Positions 25,716 through 34,581 of a stretch of DNA of 56,542 bases are shown in pieces; position 1 is the stretch's first letter; each line of letters begins with the position of its first letter. A program made the position numbers and the translations under genes. The notes beneath the pieces are model-generated. The model worked only from the letters and a program-made list of their open reading frames with translations, ran no database searches and was not told the DNA's origin. The DNA lies in NCBI GenBank assembly GCA_964413845.1, contig CAYPTJ010000003.1, positions 1-56,542 of the forward strand, in the 5' to 3' direction. The stretch comes from an uncultured Candidatus Saccharibacteria bacterium. GTDB lineage: Bacteria > Patescibacteriota > WWE3 > 9FT-COMBO-53-11.

Positions 25716-26795
25716 ATGGCAAAGAAGTTGAGCGCAGCGAAATCCGCCTCTGGTGGAGAAAAAGCTAGTCCTTCGAAAGCCTCGGAATCAGGAAAAAAAC
25801 AGGCTCTAACCTCAGCGATTGAGCAGATTGAAAAGTCCTTTGGACGTGGTTCGATTATGAAGTTGGGGGAGCAGGCCGCCGCCAAGGCTGATGTGGAGGT
25901 CGTTCCCACCGGTTCTTTTGGGCTGGATCTTGCTTTAGGGGTGGGGGGAATCCCTAAGGGACGGGTGACCGAGATCTTTGGACCGGAAATGTCCGGAAAA
26001 ACAACCCTCGTTCTTCATATGATCGCCGAGGTGCAAAAACAAGGCGGAACCGCCGCTTTTATTGATGCGGAGCACGCCCTTGACCCCTCCTACGCCAAAC
26101 GTATCGGGGTTAATGTTGATGATCTTCTTCTCTCCCAGCCGGATACCGGCGAGCAATCGCTTGAAATTACGGAGACACTGGTTCGCTCGGGGGCGGTTGA
26201 CCTGATCGCAATTGACTCCGTTGCCGCACTTGCCCCGCGGGCGGAGATTGAAGGGGAGATGGGGCAACCTCATCTTGGACTTCAAGCACGGCTGATGTCC
26301 CAAGCGCTTCGAAAACTCGCCGGAGCAATTGCCAAATCCAACACAACCGTTGTTTTCACCAACCAGATCCGCCACAAGATTGGAGTCTTTTTCGGTAGTC
26401 CGGAAACAACCCCTGGTGGTTTGGCGCTTAAGTTTTACGCCTCGGTTCGGATTGATCTTCGAAGGATTGGAACGATCAAGCGAGGGGAGGAAGTTTTGGG
26501 ATCACGCGTTCGGGCGAAGGTGGTGAAAAACAAAGTCGCTCCACCTTTTCGCCAGGCGGAGTTTGACATTATGTATGATGAGGGGATCAGCAAAAGGGGG
26601 GAACTGTTGGAGCTTGGGGAACGTTATGGCGTTGTTGAAAAAAGCGGAGCCTGGCTTGAATTTGAGGGACGAAAGTTAGGCCAAGGTAAGGAAGGCTCAA
26701 AAGAGTTCCTAAAGAAAAATCCCAAGATCGCGGAGAAGATTGAGGAAGCGATCAAAAAAGCCGCCGAAAAAGCGGCTTCGACAAGCTCACTGTAA
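25716..26795 (+). CDS. recA: recombinase RecA (N-terminal Ser/Lys-rich extension)
   Basis: [10 protein letters not shown] Walker A, and the IDSVAAL and [11 protein letters not shown] motifs. Confidence 0.95.
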   Translation: MAKKLSAAKSASGGEKASPSKASESGKKQALTSAIEQIEKSFGRGSIMKLGEQAAAKADVEVVPTGSFGLDLALGVGGIPKGRVTEIFGPEMSGKTTLVLHMIAEVQKQGGTAAFIDAEHALDPSYAKRIGVNVDDLLLSQPDTGEQSLEITETLVRSGAVDLIAIDSVAALAPRAEIEGEMGQPHLGLQARLMSQALRKLAGAIAKSNTTVVFTNQIRHKIGVFFGSPETTPGGLALKFYASVRIDLRRIGTIKRGEEVLGSRVRAKVVKNKVAPPFRQAEFDIMYDEGISKRGELLELGERYGVVEKSGAWLEFEGRKLGQGKEGSKEFLKKNPKIAEKIEEAIKKAAEKAASTSSL

Positions 26796-26830
26796 AAAAG
26801 CGAGAAGTCTTAAACTTCTCGCTAAGTTTT
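26793..26830. terminator. bidirectional terminator hairpin
   Basis: AAAAAAGCGAGAAGT...ACTTCTCGCT, lying between the convergent recA and 26822-27067 genes. Confidence 0.7.
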
Positions 26831-27067
26831 ACCTATTTGAACTCTCCTTTTGAAATCTCCTTCGGCAGGGAATGACAGGTCAAGGTCGGGTTCTAGTTCA
26901 CGTTTTGGTCTTTTGATCGCGTCCAAGATTTCCAGGGCATGGTCAAGATGAATTTCGATATCTTGCCACTTTACCTCTTCGTTGGTTCCTTCCGTCCCTT
27001 TGACTTTGGCGCAAACGCCATCGTAAGCTTCTTCAAGAATTGCCCTTATCTCATCAGTATCAAGCAT
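26822..27067 (-). CDS. hypothetical acidic 81-aa protein
   Basis: ATG follows AAGGAGGAAGC. Sits 10 nt downstream of the 27078-27470 ORF. Confidence 0.55.
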   Translation of the reverse strand: MLDTDEIRAILEEAYDGVCAKVKGTEGTNEEVKWQDIEIHLDHALEILDAIKRPKRELEPDLDLSFPAEGDFKRRVQIGKT

Positions 27068-27077
27068 TGCTTCCTCC

Positions 27078-27470
27078 TTACCACGAGACCGGGATGGTAA
27101 CCAACGCTACCTGATAACGACCCTGCTTTCTCCCCTTTTTGAAGACGCGATAAGTATATTCTTTCCTCCTGTCGCTAGGAGCCATTTCTTTAACGCGTTC
27201 GAGTTGGTGATCAAGTCCCCAAATCATCCGACGAACCACATCCACTGGGCTGTGGACAGTTTGATAGCGTATCTGCTGGAGGATATAAAGGCGCAAGCGC
27301 CAAACGGGACAGTATATTTCTTGATCAGGTGAAAGGTAATCTGGTAAGAGTCGTTTTCCTTGCGAGAGACCTTCCTCAATTAATTCTCGCTCCCAATCGG
27401 CGACATTGGCAGCCCGCTCTAGATACTTGCGATCCCTCTCCAGAAGCTCTTTCTCACTTAACTCAGCCAT
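27078..27470 (-). CDS. hypothetical 130-aa protein
   Basis: ATG follows ACGGAGGGATA. No motif recognised. Confidence 0.55.
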   Translation of the reverse strand: MAELSEKELLERDRKYLERAANVADWERELIEEGLSQGKRLLPDYLSPDQEIYCPVWRLRLYILQQIRYQTVHSPVDVVRRMIWGLDHQLERVKEMAPSDRRKEYTYRVFKKGRKQGRYQVALVTIPVSW

Positions 27471-27612
27471 TATCCCTCCGTCTTGGATTCGGTTTTAGTG
27501 TGTGCAAGGATGATTTTAATGCCGAAGATGGGAAAGGTCAAGCCCCGGTCGGGTTGACAGTGGTTGGGAGGAGAAGCTATGATTGGTAGTTAGGAGATGA
27601 AAGGTTTTAGCA

Positions 27613-28839
27613 ATGGTCGACAAAAAAATCAAAGAGTCCTCTACATCGTCCGCCAAATCGGCGGATAAGATCTCAATTGAAGAATTAAGAGAAAGATATC
27701 TCAAGGAATTAGAGAAGGTTTCCAATCTTTCCCGTGAGGACGCCCGAAAGAAGCTCCTTAAGGAGTTGGAGCAGGATTTGGAGAATGAGAAAGCACGTCG
27801 GATCGCGGAGGTGGAGGAGGAGATTAAAGCCGTTGTTTCTGAACGGGCAAAAGATATCCTTGTTTCCGCAATGGAGCGCTCCTCCACCGATTATGTGGCC
27901 GAGTACACCGTTTCGGTGGTGAATCTTCCTTCCGAGGATTGGAAAGGGAAGATCATCGGGAAGGAAGGGCGCAACATCCGCGCTTTGGAGCGGGCAACCG
28001 GAGTGGAGTTTGATCTTGAGGAGGCGCCCAATGCCGTTCGCCTCTCCTCCTTTGATTCGGTTCGCCGTTATATTGCCAAATTGGCGCTTGAGCAGCTGAT
28101 TAAAGACGAGCGGATTCAGCCGGAGCGAATTGAGGAGACGGTGGCAAAGGTTAAGGAGAGGGTGGAGGAGGAGATTAAAAAAGAAGGGGAGAAAATTGCG
28201 CTTGAGGCTGGTTTGGGAGGGTTGCCTTCCGGAATCATTGAGCTTTTAGGCCGCTATAAATTTCGCACCTCCTATGGTCAGAATTTAGCGAAGCATTCTT
28301 TAGAGATGGTGAAGCTTGGAGCTTACCTTGCGGCGGAGGTTGGGGCGGATGTGGGGCTTACCAAAACCGCCTGCCTTCTTCATGATATTGGGAAAGTGGC
28401 AACCGGCGCCGCCGAGGAAGGACATGTCAAGCTTGGGCGAAAGATTTTAGAGAGGTTCAACTTCCCAGAAAAATTGATCAACGCCGCTGTTTCTCATCAC
28501 GAAGATGAGGAGAAAAAAAGCGTTGAGGCGGAGCTGGTTTACATCGCCGATGCCACCTCAGGCGCTCGGCCGGGAGCGCGGTATGAAGATTTTGAGGGCT
28601 ACGTGAAGCGGATTGAGGAGCTGGAGAATATTGCCAAATCCTTCCCTGGGGTTGAGGATGCCTATGCAATCTCCGCTGGTCGTGTGGTGCGGGTGATTGT
28701 TAAGCCGCAGGAGATCTCTGATGAGACTGCTGCAAAGCTTGTCCATGATATCTCAGAGAAGATTGGAAAAGAGATCGTCTCTCCTGGTGGAGTTAAAGTG
28801 GTTGTTATCCGCGAATCCCGCTTTGAAGAAACCGCATAA
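27613..28839 (+). CDS. rny: ribonuclease Y (no N-terminal TM segment)
   Basis: KH motif GKIIGKEGRNIRALE and HD domain LLHDIGK...SHHEDE. Confidence 0.9.
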   Translation: MVDKKIKESSTSSAKSADKISIEELRERYLKELEKVSNLSREDARKKLLKELEQDLENEKARRIAEVEEEIKAVVSERAKDILVSAMERSSTDYVAEYTVSVVNLPSEDWKGKIIGKEGRNIRALERATGVEFDLEEAPNAVRLSSFDSVRRYIAKLALEQLIKDERIQPERIEETVAKVKERVEEEIKKEGEKIALEAGLGGLPSGIIELLGRYKFRTSYGQNLAKHSLEMVKLGAYLAAEVGADVGLTKTACLLHDIGKVATGAAEEGHVKLGRKILERFNFPEKLINAAVSHHEDEEKKSVEAELVYIADATSGARPGARYEDFEGYVKRIEELENIAKSFPGVEDAYAISAGRVVRVIVKPQEISDETAAKLVHDISEKIGKEIVSPGGVKVVVIRESRFEETA

Positions 28840-28941
28840 ATCCCAAAAGTAATTCTACAAACTTAGAGGCTACTATTCATACTATATAGTATGAATATAC
28901 GCTGCCATATAAAAAGGCTGAACACTTTGTCCAGCCTATGT

Positions 28942-29598
28942 TTAGAGTTTCTCTTCAGTAAAGAACGGCGAACGAGAAAGTATCCACCTCTCTTTCTGAT
29001 TTAGCGTGCAATCCATGAGTGGGAGGAGGTAGTCTTGCCTGTTCATAAATCTGTGAGACGCTTCTTGGTTGTGGCCTAAGCCAAAAACATGTCCAAGTTC
29101 ATGGGTGATTCGTCCCTCTGCCCTCCCATCAGGTCCCCAATGGGTGAGGAGATGCGAAGAGATAATGGCGTATCCGCCAGATTCAACCTGAAGGCCAGTA
29201 GCGGTGTACCCAAAGCTTTCTTGGGCTACCACAGGGGTGAAGATGACCCACGCTTGGGTGTTATCAGCGTTGAGTTTTTCCCTGATAAGGATGATGAGGT
29301 TGAAGCAGAGGATATCCAAATCTGAGAGCTTTGAGTAGTACCTCGGACCGCACCTCTCCTGGCAAATCCGATCCAAATCCTTAGGAAGAGGAATATCCCC
29401 ACTCCTATGTCTTTGAAGATCTTCAGCAGTGTGGTGCGTCTGGATGATCATGAGCTCTTCAACCTGCAAAGTCTTTCCAACCTCTTTTAGAAAGTATTGG
29501 CGAATGTGCTCAAACGACTGTCGACATCTCTCTTTGATGTCGGCTGGGGCGATAGTATCCGCGAGAGCAATCCAAACTGGCCTTACCACATGCTCCAT
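28942..29598 (-). CDS. metzincin-type zinc metalloprotease
   Basis: HELGHVFGLGH (HExxHxxGxxH) motif. Confidence 0.7.
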   Translation of the reverse strand: MEHVVRPVWIALADTIAPADIKERCRQSFEHIRQYFLKEVGKTLQVEELMIIQTHHTAEDLQRHRSGDIPLPKDLDRICQERCGPRYYSKLSDLDILCFNLIILIREKLNADNTQAWVIFTPVVAQESFGYTATGLQVESGGYAIISSHLLTHWGPDGRAEGRITHELGHVFGLGHNQEASHRFMNRQDYLLPLMDCTLNQKERWILSRSPFFTEEKL

Positions 29599-29696
29599 CT
29601 ATCTCTCCTCTCGTTATTCTGTTTTCATCTTATAGCGTATCACGGAGTTTGGGCTTGGGCAAGATCAATTCTATTTCTTGCTATTATTGAAGCACG

Positions 29697-30500
29697 ATGA
29701 AAATTCTTTTTATCGGCGATATTGTAGGGAAATTAGGAAGACGTGCCGTTGGAGAGGTCCTGCCCGATCTGAGGAAGAAGGAGAAGATTGATCTGGTGAT
29801 CGCCAACGGAGAGAATCTTGCTCACGGGCGGGGGATGACGGAAAAGACCCTCAAGGAAGTGATGGGTTACGGGGTTGATTTCTTCACCTCCGGTCCCCAT
29901 ATCTTTGCCCATGAAGATGTTTTCAGCCTTAATTTACCTTTGATTCGACCGGCGAACTATCCCTCAGATAAACCGGGCCGGGGATTCACTACTCTTAAGG
30001 TAGGGGGGAAAGATATCCTGATTATTAATCTTGCAGGAGATCAGGATTTTATCGGCCGTACTTATCTTGAGGAGGGCGAGAAGTTCGAGAATCCCTTCGG
30101 AATGGTTGAGCAGATCATTGCATCGGTGAAAGAGCCTAATCTGATTATTGTTGATTTTCACGCCGAGCTTACTTCCGAAAGATCGGCGATGGGCTTCTTC
30201 TTGGACGGTAAGGTCACTGCTGTCGTGGGGACCCATACCCACGTTCCCACTGCCGATGCTCAAATCCTCCCCAAGGGAACCGGTTACGTCACCGATGTTG
30301 GGATGTGCGGAGCAAAAGATTCAGTTTTGGGGGTCGTCCCAGAGATAATCATCAAGCGCCTTGCCGAGGGTGGTAAGGATCCGTTTGAGTGGGTTGAAAA
30401 GGGTTCCGCGGTTTTCAACTCTGTTCTTTTTGAGACAAACCCTAAGGGTTTAGCAAAGGGAATCAGAAGGATTGATAAGGAGATCAACCCTTCGGGTTAA
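29697..30500 (+). CDS. ymdB: YmdB-family metallophosphoesterase (2',3'-cyclic-nucleotide 2'-phosphodiesterase)
   Basis: MKILFIGDIVG...ANGENLAHGRG and FHAE...GTHTHVPTAD motifs. Confidence 0.85.
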   Translation: MKILFIGDIVGKLGRRAVGEVLPDLRKKEKIDLVIANGENLAHGRGMTEKTLKEVMGYGVDFFTSGPHIFAHEDVFSLNLPLIRPANYPSDKPGRGFTTLKVGGKDILIINLAGDQDFIGRTYLEEGEKFENPFGMVEQIIASVKEPNLIIVDFHAELTSERSAMGFFLDGKVTAVVGTHTHVPTADAQILPKGTGYVTDVGMCGAKDSVLGVVPEIIIKRLAEGGKDPFEWVEKGSAVFNSVLFETNPKGLAKGIRRIDKEINPSG

Positions 30501-30546
30501 AATTTCTAAACCCGAAGGGTTTAGGAAAAGGAGGTGAAAAGTTAAG

Positions 30547-30822
30547 TTGAACAAATCTAGTTTAATTGACACTGTTTCGGCTAAGACTGGACTTTCTAAA
30601 GCAGCAGCGGAGCGAGCGGTAAACGCCTTTTTAGGAGCGATTGCTGATGACCTTTCCAAAGGGGAGCGGGTAACTGTTTCTGGCTTTGGCACTTTTGAGG
30701 TGAGAAAAAGAAAGGCAAGGGTGGGGCGGATTCCTCAAACCGGCAAGCCTGTGGTTATTCCCGAACATCTCACTCCCGCTTTCATCGCCGGGGAGGGTCT
30801 GAGAAAGAGCGTGCGGGGATGA
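30547..30822 (+). CDS. hup: DNA-binding protein HU
   Basis: TTG start after AAAGGAGGTG, with the GFGTFEVRKRKARVGRIPQTG arm motif. Confidence 0.9.
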   Translation: MNKSSLIDTVSAKTGLSKAAAERAVNAFLGAIADDLSKGERVTVSGFGTFEVRKRKARVGRIPQTGKPVVIPEHLTPAFIAGEGLRKSVRG

Positions 30823-31535
30823 ATTATCAGCTGCTTCATTCCTGGGATGTCAGTCCCCAGGAGGCAATTCGGATCCAAGAGAAGTTAAGGGAAAAAGTTA
30901 TCAAAGAGGGTCCGCCTCCCGCCCCTGGCGACCCGCTTCGCCGCGAGGCGAGGGCTCGCCTCTGGCAACTGGCGGATCGTGTTCGGAAAGTGGCGGGGGT
31001 GGATGTTGGCTTTCCCGCACCTGAAACAGCACGCGCGGCCGTTGTGGTTCTCTCCTTTCCAAAGTTAGAACTTGTTGAAAAACAGATTGCGGAGGTGCCA
31101 GCTACCTTTCCCTATATCCCTGGATTGTTGGCTTTCCGCGAGGCACCGGCGGTTTTGGAGGTGATCCGCCAGTTGGCGGATGAACCAAACCTTTTTATCT
31201 TTGATGCTCAGGGTTATGCTCATCCGCGGCGGATGGGGCTTGCCACCCATCTTGGCCTTTTTCTTGATAAACCAACAATTGGTTGTGCCAAATCAAAACT
31301 GATCGGTCAATATCTAATGCCTGGTAACCGAGTGGGGGAGAGGGCGGATTTGGTTGACAACAGTGAGGTTGTTGGGGCAGCGGTACGCAGCCGGCCAGGA
31401 TCTCCTCCTCTTTTTATCTCTGTTGGTCATAAGATTTCTTTAGATGAGGCGGTAAAATATGTTTTAGCGTGCACGAAACGAGGGAACCATCTTCCTGAAC
31501 CAACGCGTCTGGCCCATCAATTTGCCTCATCGTGA
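30819..31535 (+). CDS. nfi: endonuclease V
   Basis: GVDVGF, YIPGLLAFREAP and FDAQGYAHPRRMGLATHLG motifs. Confidence 0.85.
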   Translation: MNYQLLHSWDVSPQEAIRIQEKLREKVIKEGPPPAPGDPLRREARARLWQLADRVRKVAGVDVGFPAPETARAAVVVLSFPKLELVEKQIAEVPATFPYIPGLLAFREAPAVLEVIRQLADEPNLFIFDAQGYAHPRRMGLATHLGLFLDKPTIGCAKSKLIGQYLMPGNRVGERADLVDNSEVVGAAVRSRPGSPPLFISVGHKISLDEAVKYVLACTKRGNHLPEPTRLAHQFASS

Positions 31536-32309
31536 AGAGAAGTACTCTTCCAAAGTTATTCCCTTGCGGTAGACTTCACCTGCAACTTCCTTCCCAACAA
31601 AACGGAAGTGCCACGGCTCCCAAAGGTACCCGGTAATCCCGTCTTTTCCTTTGGGGTAGGAGAGAACAAAACCATATTTGTGGGCATTTTTCTCCAACCA
31701 ACGTCCTTCGCAGGTGAAGCCGAAATTACGGGTAAGCTCGTAACCAACGGTTGAGCTGGTCAAGTCAACTGTTGTCCCCAGTTGATGTTCGGAATGGCCG
31801 GACCGAGCCGAGCCAAGATCGGCATAGTATCTTCCTACTTGAGCAACCCACCAGTTGTAGACCGCGATCTGAGTCTGGTAGGAGCGATATGCGGAAAGGA
31901 CGGCGATTTTGCATCCGCAGGATTTTTCGACAGCCATAAAGAGATCTTTGAGGTGGGGAATTACTATCTTTTGAATCGTTTCTGGACCAACCGTCTTTAC
32001 CCCTCCCTCTAAGCTAACCAGGTTTGAAGGAACATACCAGGAAAGGAGAGTATAAATTTTATTGATATGAGCAAGAAGCATCTCCCCCTCCACCTTAAGA
32101 GTGATTTCTTGGGAAGGGTAGAAGAAGGGGACGGTCTGGTAGGAGAGGGCTTCTTTAATGAGTTTTGCTGGCTGAGGTGGAGTGAGACCAAAAAGCGTGA
32201 TTTGAAGCTCGGGGGAGGGGAGTGCTTCCTCCTTTTGATGCAGGTAGGAAGTGGCAAAGACGACTTCAAAAAACAAGATTGAAAGAAGAATGAATAAAGT
32301 AGCTCGCAT
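31527..32309 (-). CDS. M15-family D-Ala-D-Ala carboxypeptidase (VanY-like), secreted
   Basis: SGHSEHQLGTTVDL and EPWHFRF motifs, with a signal-like N-terminus. Confidence 0.8.
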   Translation of the reverse strand: MRATLFILLSILFFEVVFATSYLHQKEEALPSPELQITLFGLTPPQPAKLIKEALSYQTVPFFYPSQEITLKVEGEMLLAHINKIYTLLSWYVPSNLVSLEGGVKTVGPETIQKIVIPHLKDLFMAVEKSCGCKIAVLSAYRSYQTQIAVYNWWVAQVGRYYADLGSARSGHSEHQLGTTVDLTSSTVGYELTRNFGFTCEGRWLEKNAHKYGFVLSYPKGKDGITGYLWEPWHFRFVGKEVAGEVYRKGITLEEYFSSR

Positions 32310-32376
32310 TTATCAAATTAAGTCTAACAAGGATACAGCTTTGACAGAAAGTTTGAAGAGTTGATAGACTCAAGGT

Positions 32377-33369
32377 GTGAATATTGAGCAGCGTTACGAA
32401 ATCTCTTTAAAAACAATTCTTACCACCCTTGGGATTTTGGCGCTTCTTTTGGTTCTTATTCAGATAAGAGCGCTTTTTATTACTCTTTTTGTCGCCTTAA
32501 TTTTATGCCTTGCTTTGGATCCGTTAGTTGTCAGGCTTAAAGGTTGGCGAATCCCTCGTCCTTTGGGGGTAATTCTTACTTTTCTTGCAATCGTTGCTCT
32601 TTTTGGAGGAGTAATTGCTTATGGTTTTACCCCGATGATTAACCAGACCGGCAAGTTTCTCTTAGGTTTGCCAACCCTTCTCGACCCGTTTCTTGCACGA
32701 CTACCAACACCTTTAACAGATCAGCTGAAGAGTCAGCTCTTTTCCCAGCTAACGATGTTCTCCTCCGATCTTCTAAACTCCACTGTTGCCCTTGCCTCAA
32801 ATTCGCTTTTCATTATTACGATCCTTGTTTTTGGTTTTTACCTTCTTTTGGATTGGGAGAATGTGAAGACATGGTTTATCGGATTTTTCAGCCGCCCAGC
32901 GCAGAAAAGAGTGGTAGCGATTATTGAACAGATGGAGCATCGGCTTGGAGGGTGGGTCCGAGGGGAGTTGGCTTTAATGACAATTGTTGGGGTACTTATT
33001 TTCTTTGGACTTACCGTTCTTAAAGTAGAGTATGCCCTTCCTTTAGCGTTGATCGCCGCGGTTTTGGAGATTGTTCCGATGATCGGGCCGATTTTGTCGA
33101 TGATTCCAGCGGCGATTGTTGGTTTTAGCGCTTCGCTTTGGTTGGGGATTGCGGTGCTTGTTCTTTATGCGGTTGTGCAACAGGTCGAAAATAACTTCAT
33201 CGTCCCCAATGTAATGGGAAAGGCGGTTGGGTTTTCTCCTTTAGCAACGCTGATTATCCTTTTTATCGGAACAGAGTTGTACGGGGTAGGGGGACTAATT
33301 TTGGCAATCCCCACCACACTCTTTCTCACCATTGTAATTAAAGATATCCGCACTGGGGAGGAAGAATAA
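32377..33369 (+). CDS. AI-2E/PerM (UPF0118) family transporter
   Basis: 330-aa polytopic protein with a typical LEIVPMIGPIL motif. Confidence 0.75.
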   Translation: MNIEQRYEISLKTILTTLGILALLLVLIQIRALFITLFVALILCLALDPLVVRLKGWRIPRPLGVILTFLAIVALFGGVIAYGFTPMINQTGKFLLGLPTLLDPFLARLPTPLTDQLKSQLFSQLTMFSSDLLNSTVALASNSLFIITILVFGFYLLLDWENVKTWFIGFFSRPAQKRVVAIIEQMEHRLGGWVRGELALMTIVGVLIFFGLTVLKVEYALPLALIAAVLEIVPMIGPILSMIPAAIVGFSASLWLGIAVLVLYAVVQQVENNFIVPNVMGKAVGFSPLATLIILFIGTELYGVGGLILAIPTTLFLTIVIKDIRTGEEE

Positions 33370-33513
33370 GAGTGTTTTGGGAGCTTCGGTTGCAGCTTCT
33401 CCTTTTGTCATCGGCAGTTTTACTTGGAGTTTTTGTCGGTTATATGTTTTATCTTTTTTCTTTAAGTTATTATGGTCAGCTTGGGCAGATTTATTCCGTT
33501 TTATAACGTACGA

Positions 33514-33923
33514 GCTCCTTTTTGGTTTCTGTGGTATAATTAAGATTGTGCAGGAAGAAGGGCAACCGCCCCACGTCGCGTAAAGCTATGAGGGGAGGAA
33601 AGTCCTGACTCCGTAAGAGCAAAGGAACGGGGTGCAAGCCCCGACGGGTAACCGCTAGTGGTCCAACCCCGAAAGGGATTGGGCACGGATCCTGAATCAA
33701 TCCTTCGACAGGCTCAGGATTGCCCTGAGCGCAGTCGAACGGGCAACAGGGTTTGAGAGCAACAGAGACGAGCGCTCACCTAAATCCGCCAGTAGGTGGA
33801 GATGGTGAGCGGGTGAAACGGGCAATCCCACCTGGAGCAATCCACGACCACACCCTTTAAGGCTGCTCGCCGATGGTTGATGACGACGATTTGGCCACAT
33901 TGACCAGGGTGCGAAGATGGAGC
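33514..33923 (+). ncRNA. rnpB: RNase P RNA (bacterial type A-like)
   Basis: GAGGAAAGUCC (P4 5' strand) at about 33590-33603, CCCACCUGGAGCAA and GGCUGCU segments. Candidate P1 is GCUCCUUUUU / AAGAUGGAGC with 9 of 10 pairs. A TATAAC -10-like hexamer lies 7 nt upstream. Ends are approximate. Confidence 0.8.
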
Positions 33924-34114
33924 ATCCGCCAACTGGCGGACCCGCCTGAATGCGAGAGCTTTTGGCGGGAGAGAGATGGTTGTCTAAAACAGAATCAGGC
34001 TTATTCTCTTCCTGCGCCAGAAAGTGCCACCGTAAGGTGGCCTTTCTGTTTGAACAGGAGAGAACAAGGTTGCGAGCGGAGCGAGCGCCTTATCCTCTTC
34101 CTGTGCAGAAAAAT

Positions 34115-34138
34115 CCCCGCCAAAAGCGGGGCTTTTTC
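34115..34138 (+). terminator. rho-independent terminator-like hairpin
   Basis: CCCCGC-CAAAA-GCGGGG followed by CTTTTTC. Confidence 0.65.
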
Positions 34139-34272
34139 TATCTTTCAAATTAAGGAGGAGAAGATTGCGGTTTGTATGCACATACTAGTATGTGCTAACA
34201 GGTGGCGACATCAGGCAAAAAATAACCCGTCCAAGTTTCCTTGAACGGGCTTTAGGTTGTGATCGTCCATCA

Positions 34273-34467
34273 TTAAAACCAAAGTGTCGCAAAGCTTAGG
34301 ACGGCGAACACCGCCCCGACGGGAAGAAACAGCATTCCGATTGAGACGCTTCCCGCGGTCATAAAGAGAATCGCTGGAAGCGTGAATAACAATCCCACAA
34401 TCCCGAGCGGGACACTAGGCCCGAACGGAGTGTTATACCGCTGGAGCACTCGCCATATACGCCACAT
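34273..34467 (-). CDS. small 2-TM membrane protein
   Basis: 64 aa, almost entirely hydrophobic after MWRIWRVLQRY. Confidence 0.5.
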   Translation of the reverse strand: MWRIWRVLQRYNTPFGPSVPLGIVGLLFTLPAILFMTAGSVSIGMLFLPVGAVFAVLSFATLWF

Positions 34468-34581
34468 TTGCTACCTCCCCTTCTTTTTAGAGCTTTGATT
34501 CTCCTAAGGGGAGTTTACCACGAATCCTATAGGATTGCAAGGGCTTGTCCTTTCATAAATTCGGTGTTATCATCGGGGGCG

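Noticed and set aside
33999-34075. SRP (4.5S) RNA
   Set aside because: It is a long hairpin with a GNRA loop (GUAA), but it lacks the conserved domain IV motifs (GGAA-capped helix with AGCA/CAGG loops).
33377-34244. ORFs 33377-33583, 33491-33700(-), 33697-33900(-), 33873-34244 and 33950-34153
   Set aside because: They overlap the RNase P RNA gene and the hairpin modules downstream of it. They lack SDs and have atypical composition.
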